Shown in pieces: positions 10,533-20,129 of a stretch of DNA of 64,000 nt. The stretch lies in the NCBI GenBank assembly GCA_963782915.1, contig CAWALK010000015.1, positions 262,792-326,791 of the forward strand. The letters are read 5' to 3'. Position 1 is the stretch's first letter, and the number at the start of each line of letters is the position of its first letter. The notes beneath the pieces are model-generated. The model had not been told where the DNA came from. It made no database searches and was given only the letters and a program-made list of their open reading frames with translations. The translations under genes were made by a program, and so were the position numbers. The stretch is from an uncultured archaeon (lineage in GTDB: Archaea > Thermoproteota > Bathyarchaeia > Bathyarchaeales > Bathycorpusculaceae).

Positions 10533-10743
10533 TTATGGCTCCTCTTTTGGTGCTTCGCCATGCTTAAGCCAGAGTTTATCGACACTGCTTGCTTTATAGA
10601 CAATATATAGGTCGGGAAACTCTAATTCGAGGGTTCTAAGAAGCCGTGCATAATCCATCTGTGTCCCACGAAAAATAATACCATGGGTTAAGTGGACTCT
10701 GACAAGACTATACTAATAGTTGATCGGGGGAGCTATTGCTCAT
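10533..10743 (-). pseudogene. Small protein, frameshifted; relative of 1590-1778
   Basis: THGIIFRGTQMDYARLLRTLELEFPDLYIVYKASSVDKLWLK. Confidence 0.4.
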
Positions 10744-11049
10744 TTTTTGTGTGGGGTAGACTATCATCTTGTATTCTTCCTTGATGTAGTCGGTCTATAT
10801 TCCTACGGTCTGTTGCACTGTTTTCCCCGGTTCAGTGAACACGATTTGCTTCTGGTCCCTCATATGAAAAGCGAGGGGTTTAGCTCCAGACGCGGTGCGT
10901 TAGTATGTCGTTGCCCTGTGGTTCTATATGCGTGCGTTGCAGTGAGGGATTAGCCGATAACTACAGGCTATGGCTAACCTCCTTATATGTTTTTAGTGTT
11001 CTCATAGTTGCCTATGACACTACCAGTAGCGGTGTGATAAAGGAAGTTA

Positions 11050-12193
11050 GTGGTTTTTGAGTTTAGTCTTCTAATTCTTCAACTTTCCTCAAGTAATCCC
11101 TCAAGCATCGGCTTTGCACCTTCAAGCACTTGCAGACGCTTCTTTAACGCATATATTTCTGTGTCTTTAGATTCAACAGTTCGCAGAGTGACTTGTGGCA
11201 CCAGAAACGGCAAACACATCTTGAAACAGAGTCAAGTAATCCTCATTCGGCTTATCCTCACTGTCTTGATGGTTCGCGTAGGTGGCTTCAATTCCCGTGG
11301 GTTTATGAGAGGTTAAAGGTTTAGCCAAGTTTGCATTAGCTTTTACCTGTGGTTTCTCCAACACTGTGCTGATTACATCACGGATATCATGGATGCTAAA
11401 CCGTTTTTTAGCGAGGTTTCCCCATGCAATTTCGGAAGCCCTTTCAAAAATCCCGGATGTTGTCATTAGTGGTCCGCCTTTCACTGCGCCCCAGGGGTTG
11501 TTATTGTAAGCCATGAACAGTGGTGAAGTCTCAGTGTATGTCTATGCCTCTTTGTTTGAGTTCCAGTTTGTAGGCTTCCAATTTTTGGGCTGCATAGTAG
11601 TGGATGAAGCCAACGTGTTTTGCTCCTTTGTATTTGCCTTTTCCCTGTCCTTTTAAGCGGTCTGATTTCACGTTTATCCAGTAAGGCACTTCTGGATCGT
11701 TTAGATGGTTTTAGATCGCTCCACACTAATTTTCTGAGGGTTCCGGCTCTGACTGGGCATGATACGAGGAACCATAACATGAATTTGTCACGTTGGGTAG
11801 TCATTGCCTCTTCGAGTTCGATGACGTCTTCTATTGTGGGGGATCGTTTTTTGGATTCGGGTGCTTCAAACTCTGAGCCTACATCGGGAGCTAAATCTCG
11901 TCCTCTTGTGGCTGAATAGAAGCTTTTTATGGCTATGAGTAAACCGATTTTTGCTGATGCTGTAATATTGTCTGATTGGAGATAGGTTTCTAAGAGGGTT
12001 TCTGCTTGGAATTCTTTTTCTGTGGCTGGATGCTGTAAACCTTCAAGTTTTAAGGTGATTAGTTCATCGGGGTTCTTTTTGGTTGCGTCGCAGTATCGTT
12101 TTAGTCGGCGGGTGTATTCAAGTTCTGTGTAGGGGCTGTTTTTGAGTTTTTTGTTATAGAAGTTGTTGTCCGCTGGTGTAGGATAGGAGCCAT
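11050..12193 (-). CDS. Tyrosine recombinase/integrase (several apparent indels)
   Basis: Catalytic residues across frames: CPVRAGTL (R), HDIR (HxxR), SHK (H), EATY (Y); N-terminal NPDELI..AIKSFY SAM-like region. Confidence 0.85.
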
Positions 12194-12216
12194 GTTTGGT
12201 TGATTTCCGAGATTTT

Positions 12217-12244
12217 ACTCAAGTATTATTCCCTCTGCTTGAGT
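12217..12244. promoter_or_regulatory. Inverted repeat upstream of integrase (operator or att core)
   Basis: ACTCAAGTA-N10-TGCTTGAGT. Confidence 0.35.
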
Positions 12245-12319
12245 CGGTTTTATTATGTTACTCGTGCCTACCACATTTTCTTTTATTTTTCCGTTAGTCT
12301 TAATGGTGAATAACGCAAA

Positions 12320-12415
12320 GCGAAATCAGGGTTAACTCAATACAGGCACCAAATTCGTTCTTTCTTTCTCTTCCAGAATTTTCCGCTTGCATTGAGTTAG
12401 CCTTGATTCAGCCAA
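12320..12415 (+). promoter_or_regulatory. Structured 5' leader of tfs copy 1
   Basis: AATCAGGGTTAACTCAAT pairs with ATTGAGTTAGCCTTGATT; pyrimidine loop ending TCTCTTCC; same architecture at 22882-22985. Confidence 0.7.
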
Positions 12416-12432
12416 ACAAAGGTGAATAAAAA

Positions 12433-12780
12433 ATGGATTTCTGTCCAAACTGTGGCTCTATACTTTTCCCAAAAACCGTTGAAGTCGGCTCTCAAGCAAT
12501 GCTAATTCTAACCTGCAAAAAATGCGGCTATACAAGCAGAGAACCAAAAGAAGATACCAAAATTGAATTGAAGACTATCCAGCATAATCCCAAACAGATG
12601 GTTGCAGTCATAGACAAAGCAGAAGATGTTAGCGTTGAACCGACTATTCAGATGGAGTGCCCAAGATGCGGCAATAGGACCGCTTATGTTTGGCAGGTGC
12701 AGACGAGAGGGGCAGATGAATCGTCCACGCAATTCCTCAGGTGTACAAACTGCGGGTTTACGTATAGAGAAAACACTTAA
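12433..12780 (+). CDS. tfs: Transcription elongation/cleavage factor TFS (RpoM family)
   Basis: Two Zn ribbons, QTRGADE acidic hairpin. Confidence 0.92.
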   Translation: MDFCPNCGSILFPKTVEVGSQAMLILTCKKCGYTSREPKEDTKIELKTIQHNPKQMVAVIDKAEDVSVEPTIQMECPRCGNRTAYVWQVQTRGADESSTQFLRCTNCGFTYRENT

Positions 12781-12858
12781 TCGGCTGCCCAAATAGGGCC
12801 ATCTAATATAGCATTTGCTCATTCAAAAAATGCGATAAACCAAAATTTGAAATTGTAA

Positions 12859-12935
12859 TGGTGCGGTAACCGGGATTTGAACCCGGGTCCTAGACTTGGC
12901 AAGCCTATGTACTGACCAAGCTGTACTATTACCGC
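12859..12935 (-). tRNA. tRNA-Gly (GCC), CCA encoded
   Basis: Reverse complement GCGGTAATAG...TAGGC-TTGCCAA-GTCTA...GGTTCAAATCC...ACCGCACCA folds as a cloverleaf. Confidence 0.97.
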
Positions 12936-13213
12936 ATATGGTGCGCCACGCAATATTCTAAATACTTCCTAATAAACTATAGTTTTTAATCTTTGCGACT
13001 TTTCTATTATTTCTGCTGGAGTTAACGTTAATCTGGCGGCATTTCTGTCGAGGAACGAGATGGACCTTACAAACCGAAAACCAAGTGGAAAAAAATAAAT
13101 TTTTGATAAACAAAAAATTGAACAATCAAGCTATAGATAATGACACTCTTACCAGCTCAAATCAATAACGCTGTTTTGATTATGGCATCTGGACTTGAGC
13201 GCATTTTTGGTTC

Positions 13214-13429
13214 TTATTCGCCCCAGTCTTCGCCTTCAATAGTCAACTCTTGAAGACTTACGCATCCACCATCAACAGATGGTTTTATAACTTCTAGCTC
13301 AAGTCCACAACCTGGACAGCTAAGGATTTCTCCTTTTTCTGCGTCGAGTGGAACGTCTAGTTCACAATCGCAGTCTGGACATTTGGCTTCGTTACTTTGT
13401 TTTTGAAGATTGGAAATTGTCGCATTCAT
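13214..13429 (-). CDS. lysW: Amino-group carrier protein LysW
   Basis: CPDC..CPGC Zn ribbon and C-terminal EDWGE. Confidence 0.93.
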   Translation of the reverse strand: MNATISNLQKQSNEAKCPDCDCELDVPLDAEKGEILSCPGCGLELEVIKPSVDGGCVSLQELTIEGEDWGE

Positions 13430-13643
13430 TGTTTTTCTTCTCTTTTTGATTATTCTTTCAAACGGGAATACGATTCTTAAGTATTGTGACGCCCCTGTGC
13501 CATATTGAGTTAATTATGTTCTATTTAGGACAAAATTCCGAATAGCAAAAATCAAGCCCCCTGCGGAATGCTTCGCAAAAGGCAAACGCATTAATCAAAC
13601 CTACATCGCTTCGATGTACCGACAAGCACTTGGAAGATGGAAC

Positions 13644-14213
13644 ATGAAGCAAACTAAACTCTTTGGCAATGATTACATGCCTGAACCGCAAGTTTTATCG
13701 AAACTTGACATAGTAAACGCGCAAGCACTTGCCCTTAGGGTTCAAGGTGCAATTTCGCCGTTATGTGACAGATTTCAGCTTGTCGGCAGCATAAGGCGAA
13801 AGAAGGCATCGGTTGGTGACATCGATTTTGTAATAATCGCTACTGATGCCAACTGGGGCAAGCTTCTTCAATCACTAAAAATTCCTAAGGCAATCTGTGC
13901 AGGTCCAAGCGTTATAAAGTTCAACTTTCCGTGTGAGGATAAAATGTTCCAAGTGGACTTCTACCGAGCAACTGAGGAGACGTTTGGAATACAGATGCTT
14001 ATTCGTACTGGAAGCGCCGACCATAATGTGTTCCTTGCGTCTTATGCTATTTCGAAGGGGTTTAAGCTAAAGTATTCCGAAGGTCTGTTGAAGGATGAGA
14101 AAGTAATCGCTGGGTACACTGAAGACAGTGTTTTTGAAGCATTAGGTTTGCTATGCCCCAAACCAGAAGAAAGGGAAATAGTGAACGGAAAACCCATCTG
14201 GCTAACAACATAA
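13644..14213 (+). CDS. Minimal family X DNA polymerase (palm+thumb only)
   Basis: GSIRR..GDIDF, QVDF, RTGSADHN and E..VFEALGL..PEERE motifs. Confidence 0.85.
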   Translation: MKQTKLFGNDYMPEPQVLSKLDIVNAQALALRVQGAISPLCDRFQLVGSIRRKKASVGDIDFVIIATDANWGKLLQSLKIPKAICAGPSVIKFNFPCEDKMFQVDFYRATEETFGIQMLIRTGSADHNVFLASYAISKGFKLKYSEGLLKDEKVIAGYTEDSVFEALGLLCPKPEEREIVNGKPIWLTT

Positions 14214-14263
14214 TTCCGTTTGTTCCCTTAACGTTGAAATCTGTTAACGCTGCCAGCGGGGCT

Positions 14264-14794
14264 TTATTCACGCTTATTTTTTTGACCGCTTTCCTCAACA
14301 GCCCTTTTAAGCGCCTCAAGATTAACCGCTTTTTCTGCAGGCTTATTCTTGAAGCTCTGCTCGATCCCTCGTCTCACAATCATGACATATTCAGCGTCCC
14401 AGCTAGTGGTGTTGGGTATTCTTTCATTTTTAGGGATAATAAAAATGCGGGTGGTCCCAAAGATTGATTCCAGCTGGACAGGTCTATAGCTGTTAAATCT
14501 AGCTTGTTCACTGTTTTTTCGGTTTTCAATATTTGCCCGTCCCATCTCTATATTCATAATTTCCGCATAAGCTTCATCGTCAGCTTCGTAAACGTAAGTG
14601 TAGTATACGTCTTTAGGGTCATTTGTTTGTACAAGATTCAAAACTGCTTCGTTTCGGGCATGGCTTTTCTTATCGAAAGAGGGTTTCCAGCCTTTCCTTT
14701 CAATTACGCCTTTTTCGGTCAGTGTTCCTTTGATTTGTTTTCTTTCATCTTGATTTAGCAAGGAACCATATACTTCAATGAGCATCAAATCCAC
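14264..14794 (-). CDS. Gamma-glutamylcyclotransferase-like protein
   Basis: N-terminal VYGSLLN motif. Confidence 0.5.
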   Translation of the reverse strand: MDLMLIEVYGSLLNQDERKQIKGTLTEKGVIERKGWKPSFDKKSHARNEAVLNLVQTNDPKDVYYTYVYEADDEAYAEIMNIEMGRANIENRKNSEQARFNSYRPVQLESIFGTTRIFIIPKNERIPNTTSWDAEYVMIVRRGIEQSFKNKPAEKAVNLEALKRAVEESGQKNKRE

Positions 14795-14945
14795 TCTTCT
14801 CTATACTGTATTCAGTTCAACTATAACATATTGTATTCTGTTTTAATTTACCATTAAAATGGTGCCAAATAAGAAAATGCCTGCACCAATTCCAAGGCGA
14901 AAAATATTAAAGTGCTTATCGGTAACTTGGTTTGAGAGGGATGAA

Positions 14946-15791
14946 GTGAGCAAATCAAAAATATTCATCAGTTTACTGGCTATACTTTTAGTTATTTCAA
15001 TAATTCTGAACGGTTTTCTCGCAAACCAAAGCTTCACAGATACAAGCGACCAAACGAAAATGGACATGAGCAGTATACTTAGTGAAGCCCAAGTTAACTT
15101 AGACAATGAAATGCAAAGAATCGGCGATAGCCTAGTCTATGCGTCAGAGCAATTATCGGCCACTGGAATAAGCGGTGATCAGGCTCATGGCATTCTAAGT
15201 GCGTTGGTTGCGAATAGTTCATACATAGTTGGTGCAAGTACCCAAGACCTCGGCATGAAAATGTTAGCTGTGGAACCAGAGGCTCTTAGAAGCTCTGAGG
15301 GTAAAACTGTGAGTTCACATGTTTCAGCGAATACAAACCCAGATGCCCCCATAACTCCAGTCATGTCATCCCTTATTCCGTTGATGTCAATTCGTAATGG
15401 CACATCTATGGTTGCCCCAGTGTTTGACCAAAACAAAGAATGGATCGGCAAGGTTAGCGTGATACTTGACCCCAGCATCATACTGAACGGTACAACCGCT
15501 CAACTTTTAGAAGGCAAATCATACGAGTTTATAGCAATGCAAACTGACGGACAAACCCTATGGGACAGTAACCCAGCAAAGCAACCGACAAACCTATTCA
15601 CTAATCCAGCTTTCGCCAACCAAACAGAACTCTTAGCATTAACTCACCACATTGCCGACGAATACTCAGGGTACGGAACATACAATTCAGACACGACAAA
15701 CCAAAGCAAACCGCATGAGGTCTACTGGACAACTATTACTGTATATGGAGTCGAGTGGCGATTGGCATTAATACACAACCTTTATTCCTAA
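14946..15791 (+). CDS. Membrane-anchored extracellular Cache-like domain protein
   Basis: N-terminal TM helix; PVFDQNKEWIG and YWTTI..EWRL patterns; no cytoplasmic output domain. Confidence 0.65.
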   Translation: MSKSKIFISLLAILLVISIILNGFLANQSFTDTSDQTKMDMSSILSEAQVNLDNEMQRIGDSLVYASEQLSATGISGDQAHGILSALVANSSYIVGASTQDLGMKMLAVEPEALRSSEGKTVSSHVSANTNPDAPITPVMSSLIPLMSIRNGTSMVAPVFDQNKEWIGKVSVILDPSIILNGTTAQLLEGKSYEFIAMQTDGQTLWDSNPAKQPTNLFTNPAFANQTELLALTHHIADEYSGYGTYNSDTTNQSKPHEVYWTTITVYGVEWRLALIHNLYS

Positions 15792-15899
15792 TTTTTAGCT
15801 CTAAATTATCCCTGAAAGGCGGAAATAGAATGGCTGCTGAGCATAAGGGCAATCAAGAAAGAAACAGTCATTCCAGAATAGCGATGACAAAAAAGCGCA

Positions 15900-16067
15900 T
15901 TAATTCTTTGGGGAGCATTCTTTTTCTTCCCACACCCTGAATTTCTCACAATTCTCGCATCGCAACGGGTCTTTCGGTTGCTCTTCCCCTGCATTATCGC
16001 ATCCAAAACAGGGAGAAGCAACGTTATCACAAACTTTGGGTGTAACGGGTAATTGAGGACCATCCAT
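15900..16067 (-). CDS. Small Cys-rich protein (55 aa)
   Basis: MDGPQLPVTPKVCDNVASPCFGCDNAGEEQPKDPLRCENCEKFRVWEEKECSPKN*; not in ORF track. Confidence 0.45.
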   Translation of the reverse strand: MDGPQLPVTPKVCDNVASPCFGCDNAGEEQPKDPLRCENCEKFRVWEEKECSPKN

Positions 16068-16289
16068 GTCAATAACTTCCTATCAAATACTAAAAACAAA
16101 ACCCAGTTATAAGTTTCTTGACATGGAAAACAACAATATTTCAGCTTTCTTTTCTTAAAAGCTACCCCATTGAGATAGGGGAAGAAATCGAACCGTTCAA
16201 CATGCCGCCACAAGCACAACACGCTAAATCCAACATTGAGCCATGTTAGCGCGCCGCTTTGTCCCTAAATTGAAAAGCTTATAACTAGA

Positions 16290-17350
16290 AAAGGGGTCTC
16301 ATGTCAAATTAGAGACGTCCACGCTTAGGAGGTGAGTCCTAGCGAGACAAGATGAGCATGAAACCCTTGAAACCCTATTTAGAAACGTAGACTTAAGGTT
16401 TGCTAACAATCAAATAGAGCGATGCTACCACCAAAGCGGTCCAGGCAGACCACCCAGAAATCCCATAGGCATCTTTAGAGCGTTTTTGATCATGCGAATG
16501 AAAGGTGTACGCAGCTTAAGAGAAATGACCCGCATACTCGACACTGACAAAAGAATGAGAAAGATCTGTTTAATCAAAGAAAATCAAAAAGGCTACACAC
16601 GAAGCGTAATGAGCCGGTTTTCCAAACGAGTAGGCCAAGACAACCTCAACAAAATAATCGATCAAAAAGTAATCGATCTACTCAAATCTCAGCAAACCAC
16701 TGAAGTCGATGTGGTTTTGGATGCCTCTTTCATTAAAGCCTGGAGCATACGTCATCCATCCGATAATCAGATTGGTTTTTCCGATATTGAGGCTAGAGTT
16801 GGCAGAGCTGGTCGATCATTTGCATTGGGCTATAAAATGCATCTATCAATTGATCACAAAACTATGCTTCCTCTTTCAAACGTTTTTGCCTCGGCAAACC
16901 AAAACGAAAAGAAACATTCACTAACTCTACTTGAAAAAGCCAAGGGACTTCTCAAAGTCTGCGAAGCAAAGGTTAGAAGTGTAGTGGCTGATAGTCAATA
17001 CAGTGATGCTAAGCTTAGGTGTGCGGTGGAGATGGCGACTATTCCATACCCGGCAAATCAAATGAAGGGTGTAGAGGGTGTTTTGAGGGTTGATAAGAAG
17101 TTTAGGACTTATGGGTCTTTGGAGCAAAAGATGGAATATCATAAGAGGCCTCCTGTTGAAGCAGTCAACAGTTTCCTTAAGACACAGTTTAGTATGGCAA
17201 ACAATAAAGTCAGAGGCTTAGCTCAGGTGACGTTTTATGCATTGTGCAGTATTTTATGCCTTGTACTTAACAGGGAGGCGGCTCAAAGAATTGGTCGGTA
17301 TGACAAAGCAGTGTCCCCTACTTACTTCAACACGTAATTAACGACACAAA
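16290..17350 (+). mobile_element. IS5/IS1182-like insertion sequence (ends approximate)
   Basis: Encodes DDE transposase; TIRs not clearly resolved. Confidence 0.7.
16336..17337 (+). CDS. DDE transposase
   Basis: GRPP, VLDAS, GYKMH, ADSQY, RPPVE motifs; frame open back to 16336 after GGAGGTGA without a canonical start. Confidence 0.85.
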   Translation, partial: VLARQDEHETLETLFRNVDLRFANNQIERCYHQSGPGRPPRNPIGIFRAFLIMRMKGVRSLREMTRILDTDKRMRKICLIKENQKGYTRSVMSRFSKRVGQDNLNKIIDQKVIDLLKSQQTTEVDVVLDASFIKAWSIRHPSDNQIGFSDIEARVGRAGRSFALGYKMHLSIDHKTMLPLSNVFASANQNEKKHSLTLLEKAKGLLKVCEAKVRSVVADSQYSDAKLRCAVEMATIPYPANQMKGVEGVLRVDKKFRTYGSLEQKMEYHKRPPVEAVNSFLKTQFSMANNKVRGLAQVTFYALCSILCLVLNREAAQRIGRYDKAVSPTYFNT

Positions 17351-17527
17351 CTACGAATAACACCAGCGAAACTCCAGATTACAGAGTCATTGTTCGGTTG
17401 ATGTTTACTAATTGTTTTTTTGAGGCCAAAACAGCCGCTAAAGGAACTTATGATTTTGGATAAAAATGACCTTTCTAAGGGGTATTTCCTTTTTTAAGGG
17501 TATTTTCGGGACAAGCCAGCGCGCTAT

Positions 17528-17652
17528 GGCGTGTGGAGGAAAATGCTTATCCCACACCGAAACAGGCGCAGGGACACAATGCAACAGCAAAATACAACGC
17601 AATCCCCAAACAGTCTTGTGGAAAATTAAAACTCGCCACACCCACATAAAGA
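17528..17652 (-). repeat. ~125-bp hairpin repeat, family B copy 1
   Basis: Near-identical inverted copy at 20442-20567. Confidence 0.9.
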
Positions 17653-17675
17653 ACGAAAACAAAAAAGAAAAGAGG

Positions 17676-18464
17676 CTAGTTTAGGTCGTTATTCTCTATT
17701 TTTCTTGCCATCTCAGCCACAATCTTGGTAAACGGATGGTCCGGTTTGTCCTGAACAAAAATCAAGTTACCTTCCGCTCTTAGAACCTCGCAGAAACACG
17801 GCACAACACCCAACAGAGGCACTTGATAGTCAGCTTTTATCTTAGCCTGCATCTCAGTTTTCCGAGATGCTGCGGAGGGGTCAAGGACCTTGTTTAATAC
17901 TAGTCCGGTTTTCTTTTCGAATAGATTGTAGAGTTCAGCAAGCATGCGTTTGGTTCCGTCTACGTCTGAGCGATCCCCCGTAGTTGCTACAACCACAAAG
18001 TCCGCTGCCACAATGGCGTTGATAGATGAGTACTGTAATCCTGGGCTTGTGTCAAAGATTAAGTAATCGAACTTTTGGTCCCTAAGCAAGCTTTCTCTAA
18101 GAGCCAGTAACCTGCCAAGTGCACGCATTTCCCATTTACGGTCTTTGGAGGAGATGTCTCGGATAGCTTCTGTTGAGGGATTAGCTAGGCAAGAGTAGAA
18201 TTTGCCGGCTCCTGGGATTCTGCTGCTCATGTCTATGAGTGCTGTGTTGATTTCGATGGTGCTGTTTAGGTAATCGTTAAACCAGTACTCGACGTTTTGA
18301 GCTTTAAGAATGGCAAACAAGCTTGGCGCTCGAAAGTCTAAGTCGAAGACGCATACTTTTTTGCCGTTCTTTGCAAAAGTCGCTGCTAAGTTTACGGAAA
18401 TTGATGTTTTTCCTGTTCCGCCCTTGTAGGAGTGTACTGCGATGATTTTTGTCATAGCCCTCAA
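17676..18464 (-). CDS. MinD/ParA family ATPase
   Basis: Deviant Walker A KGGTGKT, DLD, DTSPG, LNKV. Confidence 0.9.
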   Translation of the reverse strand: MRAMTKIIAVHSYKGGTGKTSISVNLAATFAKNGKKVCVFDLDFRAPSLFAILKAQNVEYWFNDYLNSTIEINTALIDMSSRIPGAGKFYSCLANPSTEAIRDISSKDRKWEMRALGRLLALRESLLRDQKFDYLIFDTSPGLQYSSINAIVAADFVVVATTGDRSDVDGTKRMLAELYNLFEKKTGLVLNKVLDPSAASRKTEMQAKIKADYQVPLLGVVPCFCEVLRAEGNLIFVQDKPDHPFTKIVAEMARKIENNDLN

Positions 18465-18847
18465 CTCTGTGATTCTCTGTCAACGTAAAAGTATGCTTTT
18501 CGGCCTTTACGTTCCTTCTTAAGATACCCCATTATGACCAACTGGTTAAGATATGCGCTTTCTACTGCTCTGGCGCGTTGTGTTTGTTCAGAGATTTCCT
18601 CAGCGGTTGCTCTTCCACATCTGCAAATCGTCATAGCTGTCTTGCGCAAATGGTCAGGCATAGACAAAAGAGTCATGACATCCAAAGACGCATCAGGCAA
18701 TGCAGGCACAATCCTTTGATTGTTTACACCGGAATTCTTCTGTATCTCGATCATAACTTCCATTTTTTCGTTAAGCTTCTCGAGGCTCTCCTCTATCTTC
18801 TCCAGAATATTCAAGGGCTTTTTATTGGAAATTTCGTTTCTAATCAA
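18461..18847 (-). CDS. HTH transcriptional regulator
   Basis: ATAEEISEQTQRARAVESAYLNQL wHTH; overlaps the ATPase start. Confidence 0.8.
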   Translation of the reverse strand: MIRNEISNKKPLNILEKIEESLEKLNEKMEVMIEIQKNSGVNNQRIVPALPDASLDVMTLLSMPDHLRKTAMTICRCGRATAEEISEQTQRARAVESAYLNQLVIMGYLKKERKGRKAYFYVDRESQS

Positions 18848-19035
18848 ACAATATCCCCGAGTTGTATTTCATGTGTACAGTTGTTGTATACCTAACCACT
18901 ATACAGTTTATTAAGTCTTGCGATACTTCAATATGTATTAGAAATGCGCCAAAACGTTAGCTATTAAGAATTGAAACAACTAAAATGATTGGAATCTATT
19001 GAAATATTAAAGATTATGGGATAATAAAATTGGGT

Positions 19036-19329
19036 TTAGTAGGGAACCGGTACTTGACTACGGGCTTCCTCTACAATGGGTAGAACTTGTTTAAGTTCCT
19101 TAAAGTACTTCAAGACCGTGATGCCGCGAGGCGTGACAGCGAAAACTACGCGTCGTTTACCTATTGTGCGTTCTTCGACTAATCCTTGTTTCATGAGGAA
19201 GTCTAGGTATTCCTTGAGGACGCTGCAGTTAACGTTAGCCTTGTACATTACGTGGGTTAGCTTAAGGGGGCCACGATGAGCTAGCACTGTTAAGATGTCA
19301 ACATACATTTCGAGTTTTGATCGACGCAC
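19036..19329 (-). CDS. Winged-helix regulator (archaeal HTH_45-like)
   Basis: RRSKLEMYVDIL..THVMYKANVN..YLDFL. Confidence 0.85.
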   Translation of the reverse strand: MRRSKLEMYVDILTVLAHRGPLKLTHVMYKANVNCSVLKEYLDFLMKQGLVEERTIGKRRVVFAVTPRGITVLKYFKELKQVLPIVEEARSQVPVPY

Positions 19330-19387
19330 TTAATACTCCTCTTAGTTTTGTAAAGATTCTCCGTTTTGATATAAATCACTTATGTAT

Positions 19388-19399
19388 TACTGATCAGTA
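19388..19399. promoter_or_regulatory. Palindromic operator upstream of the wHTH gene
   Basis: Perfect TACTGATCAGTA, just upstream of a minus-strand TTTATAT box. Confidence 0.5.
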
Positions 19400-19419
19400 T
19401 TAATGTCCATGGTTAGCGC

Positions 19420-19605
19420 TTAGAGGGCTGTTTTATCGTTGGCGTTGTTTAACACATTTAGTCTATTTTCGAATGCAGTGACCATGTCATCTAGGAATAT
19501 TGCACGCAATTCTGTTGGCAATCCATCGATTTCTGTATCGAAAACATTGGCTAATTTAGCCTCTAATTCTTTTCTACTTTTATCCGCAAATTGTTTCATA
19601 TACAC
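19420..19605 (-). CDS. Small hypothetical protein
   Basis: 61-aa helical ORF (LDDMVTAFENRL). Confidence 0.6.
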   Translation of the reverse strand: MYMKQFADKSRKELEAKLANVFDTEIDGLPTELRAIFLDDMVTAFENRLNVLNNANDKTAL

Positions 19606-20129
19606 ACATCCTGCAATTTTCTAAGTATACCCCAAATGGGTGGAAGCCATATAACTGACTTATGAAAGCAACCTCTGAATCAAAAATTAATAACAAAAAA
19701 CTGAACCGCACCTTAGAACCGCTGATACTTATCACTGATTCGGAAATATACTTGCCTTATCTACTCTATAATGACTCAAGTAATAGATAACGTAATGTAC
19801 GTGCGCAGATTCTCCGTACACTTTAGTCTAAATAAAATTTAAGATAGTTAGTTAACATGATTTATGGGAGATTTCACTGTTAGTATTAGCTGTCGGTTCC
19901 CTACACACAAATGAGGATAAAGCGGAGTATTTGATAAGTTAGTGGCTGGTTGATGCATGAGTTGCTGTTGTTTTACAATCACAAATTAATTTAAACTTCG
20001 CTGACTCTGCACAATAAGGAAAAACAGCCATTTTGATTTGATGTGACCTTTTTCTAGGCGGCCCATTTTTTAATGTTCTATCAATTTAAGGAGAAATCAT
20101 GGAGCGTTCTGCTCGTAAAGGGATATGTG

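Larger units (their letters stand above)
1..12250. mobile_element. Integrated plasmid/provirus-like element (left end outside window)
   Basis: Dense small hypothetical ORFs, primase-helicase replication gene and tyrosine integrase at the right end, ~650 bp from the 3' end of tRNA-Gly; the second att site is not visible. Confidence 0.8.
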
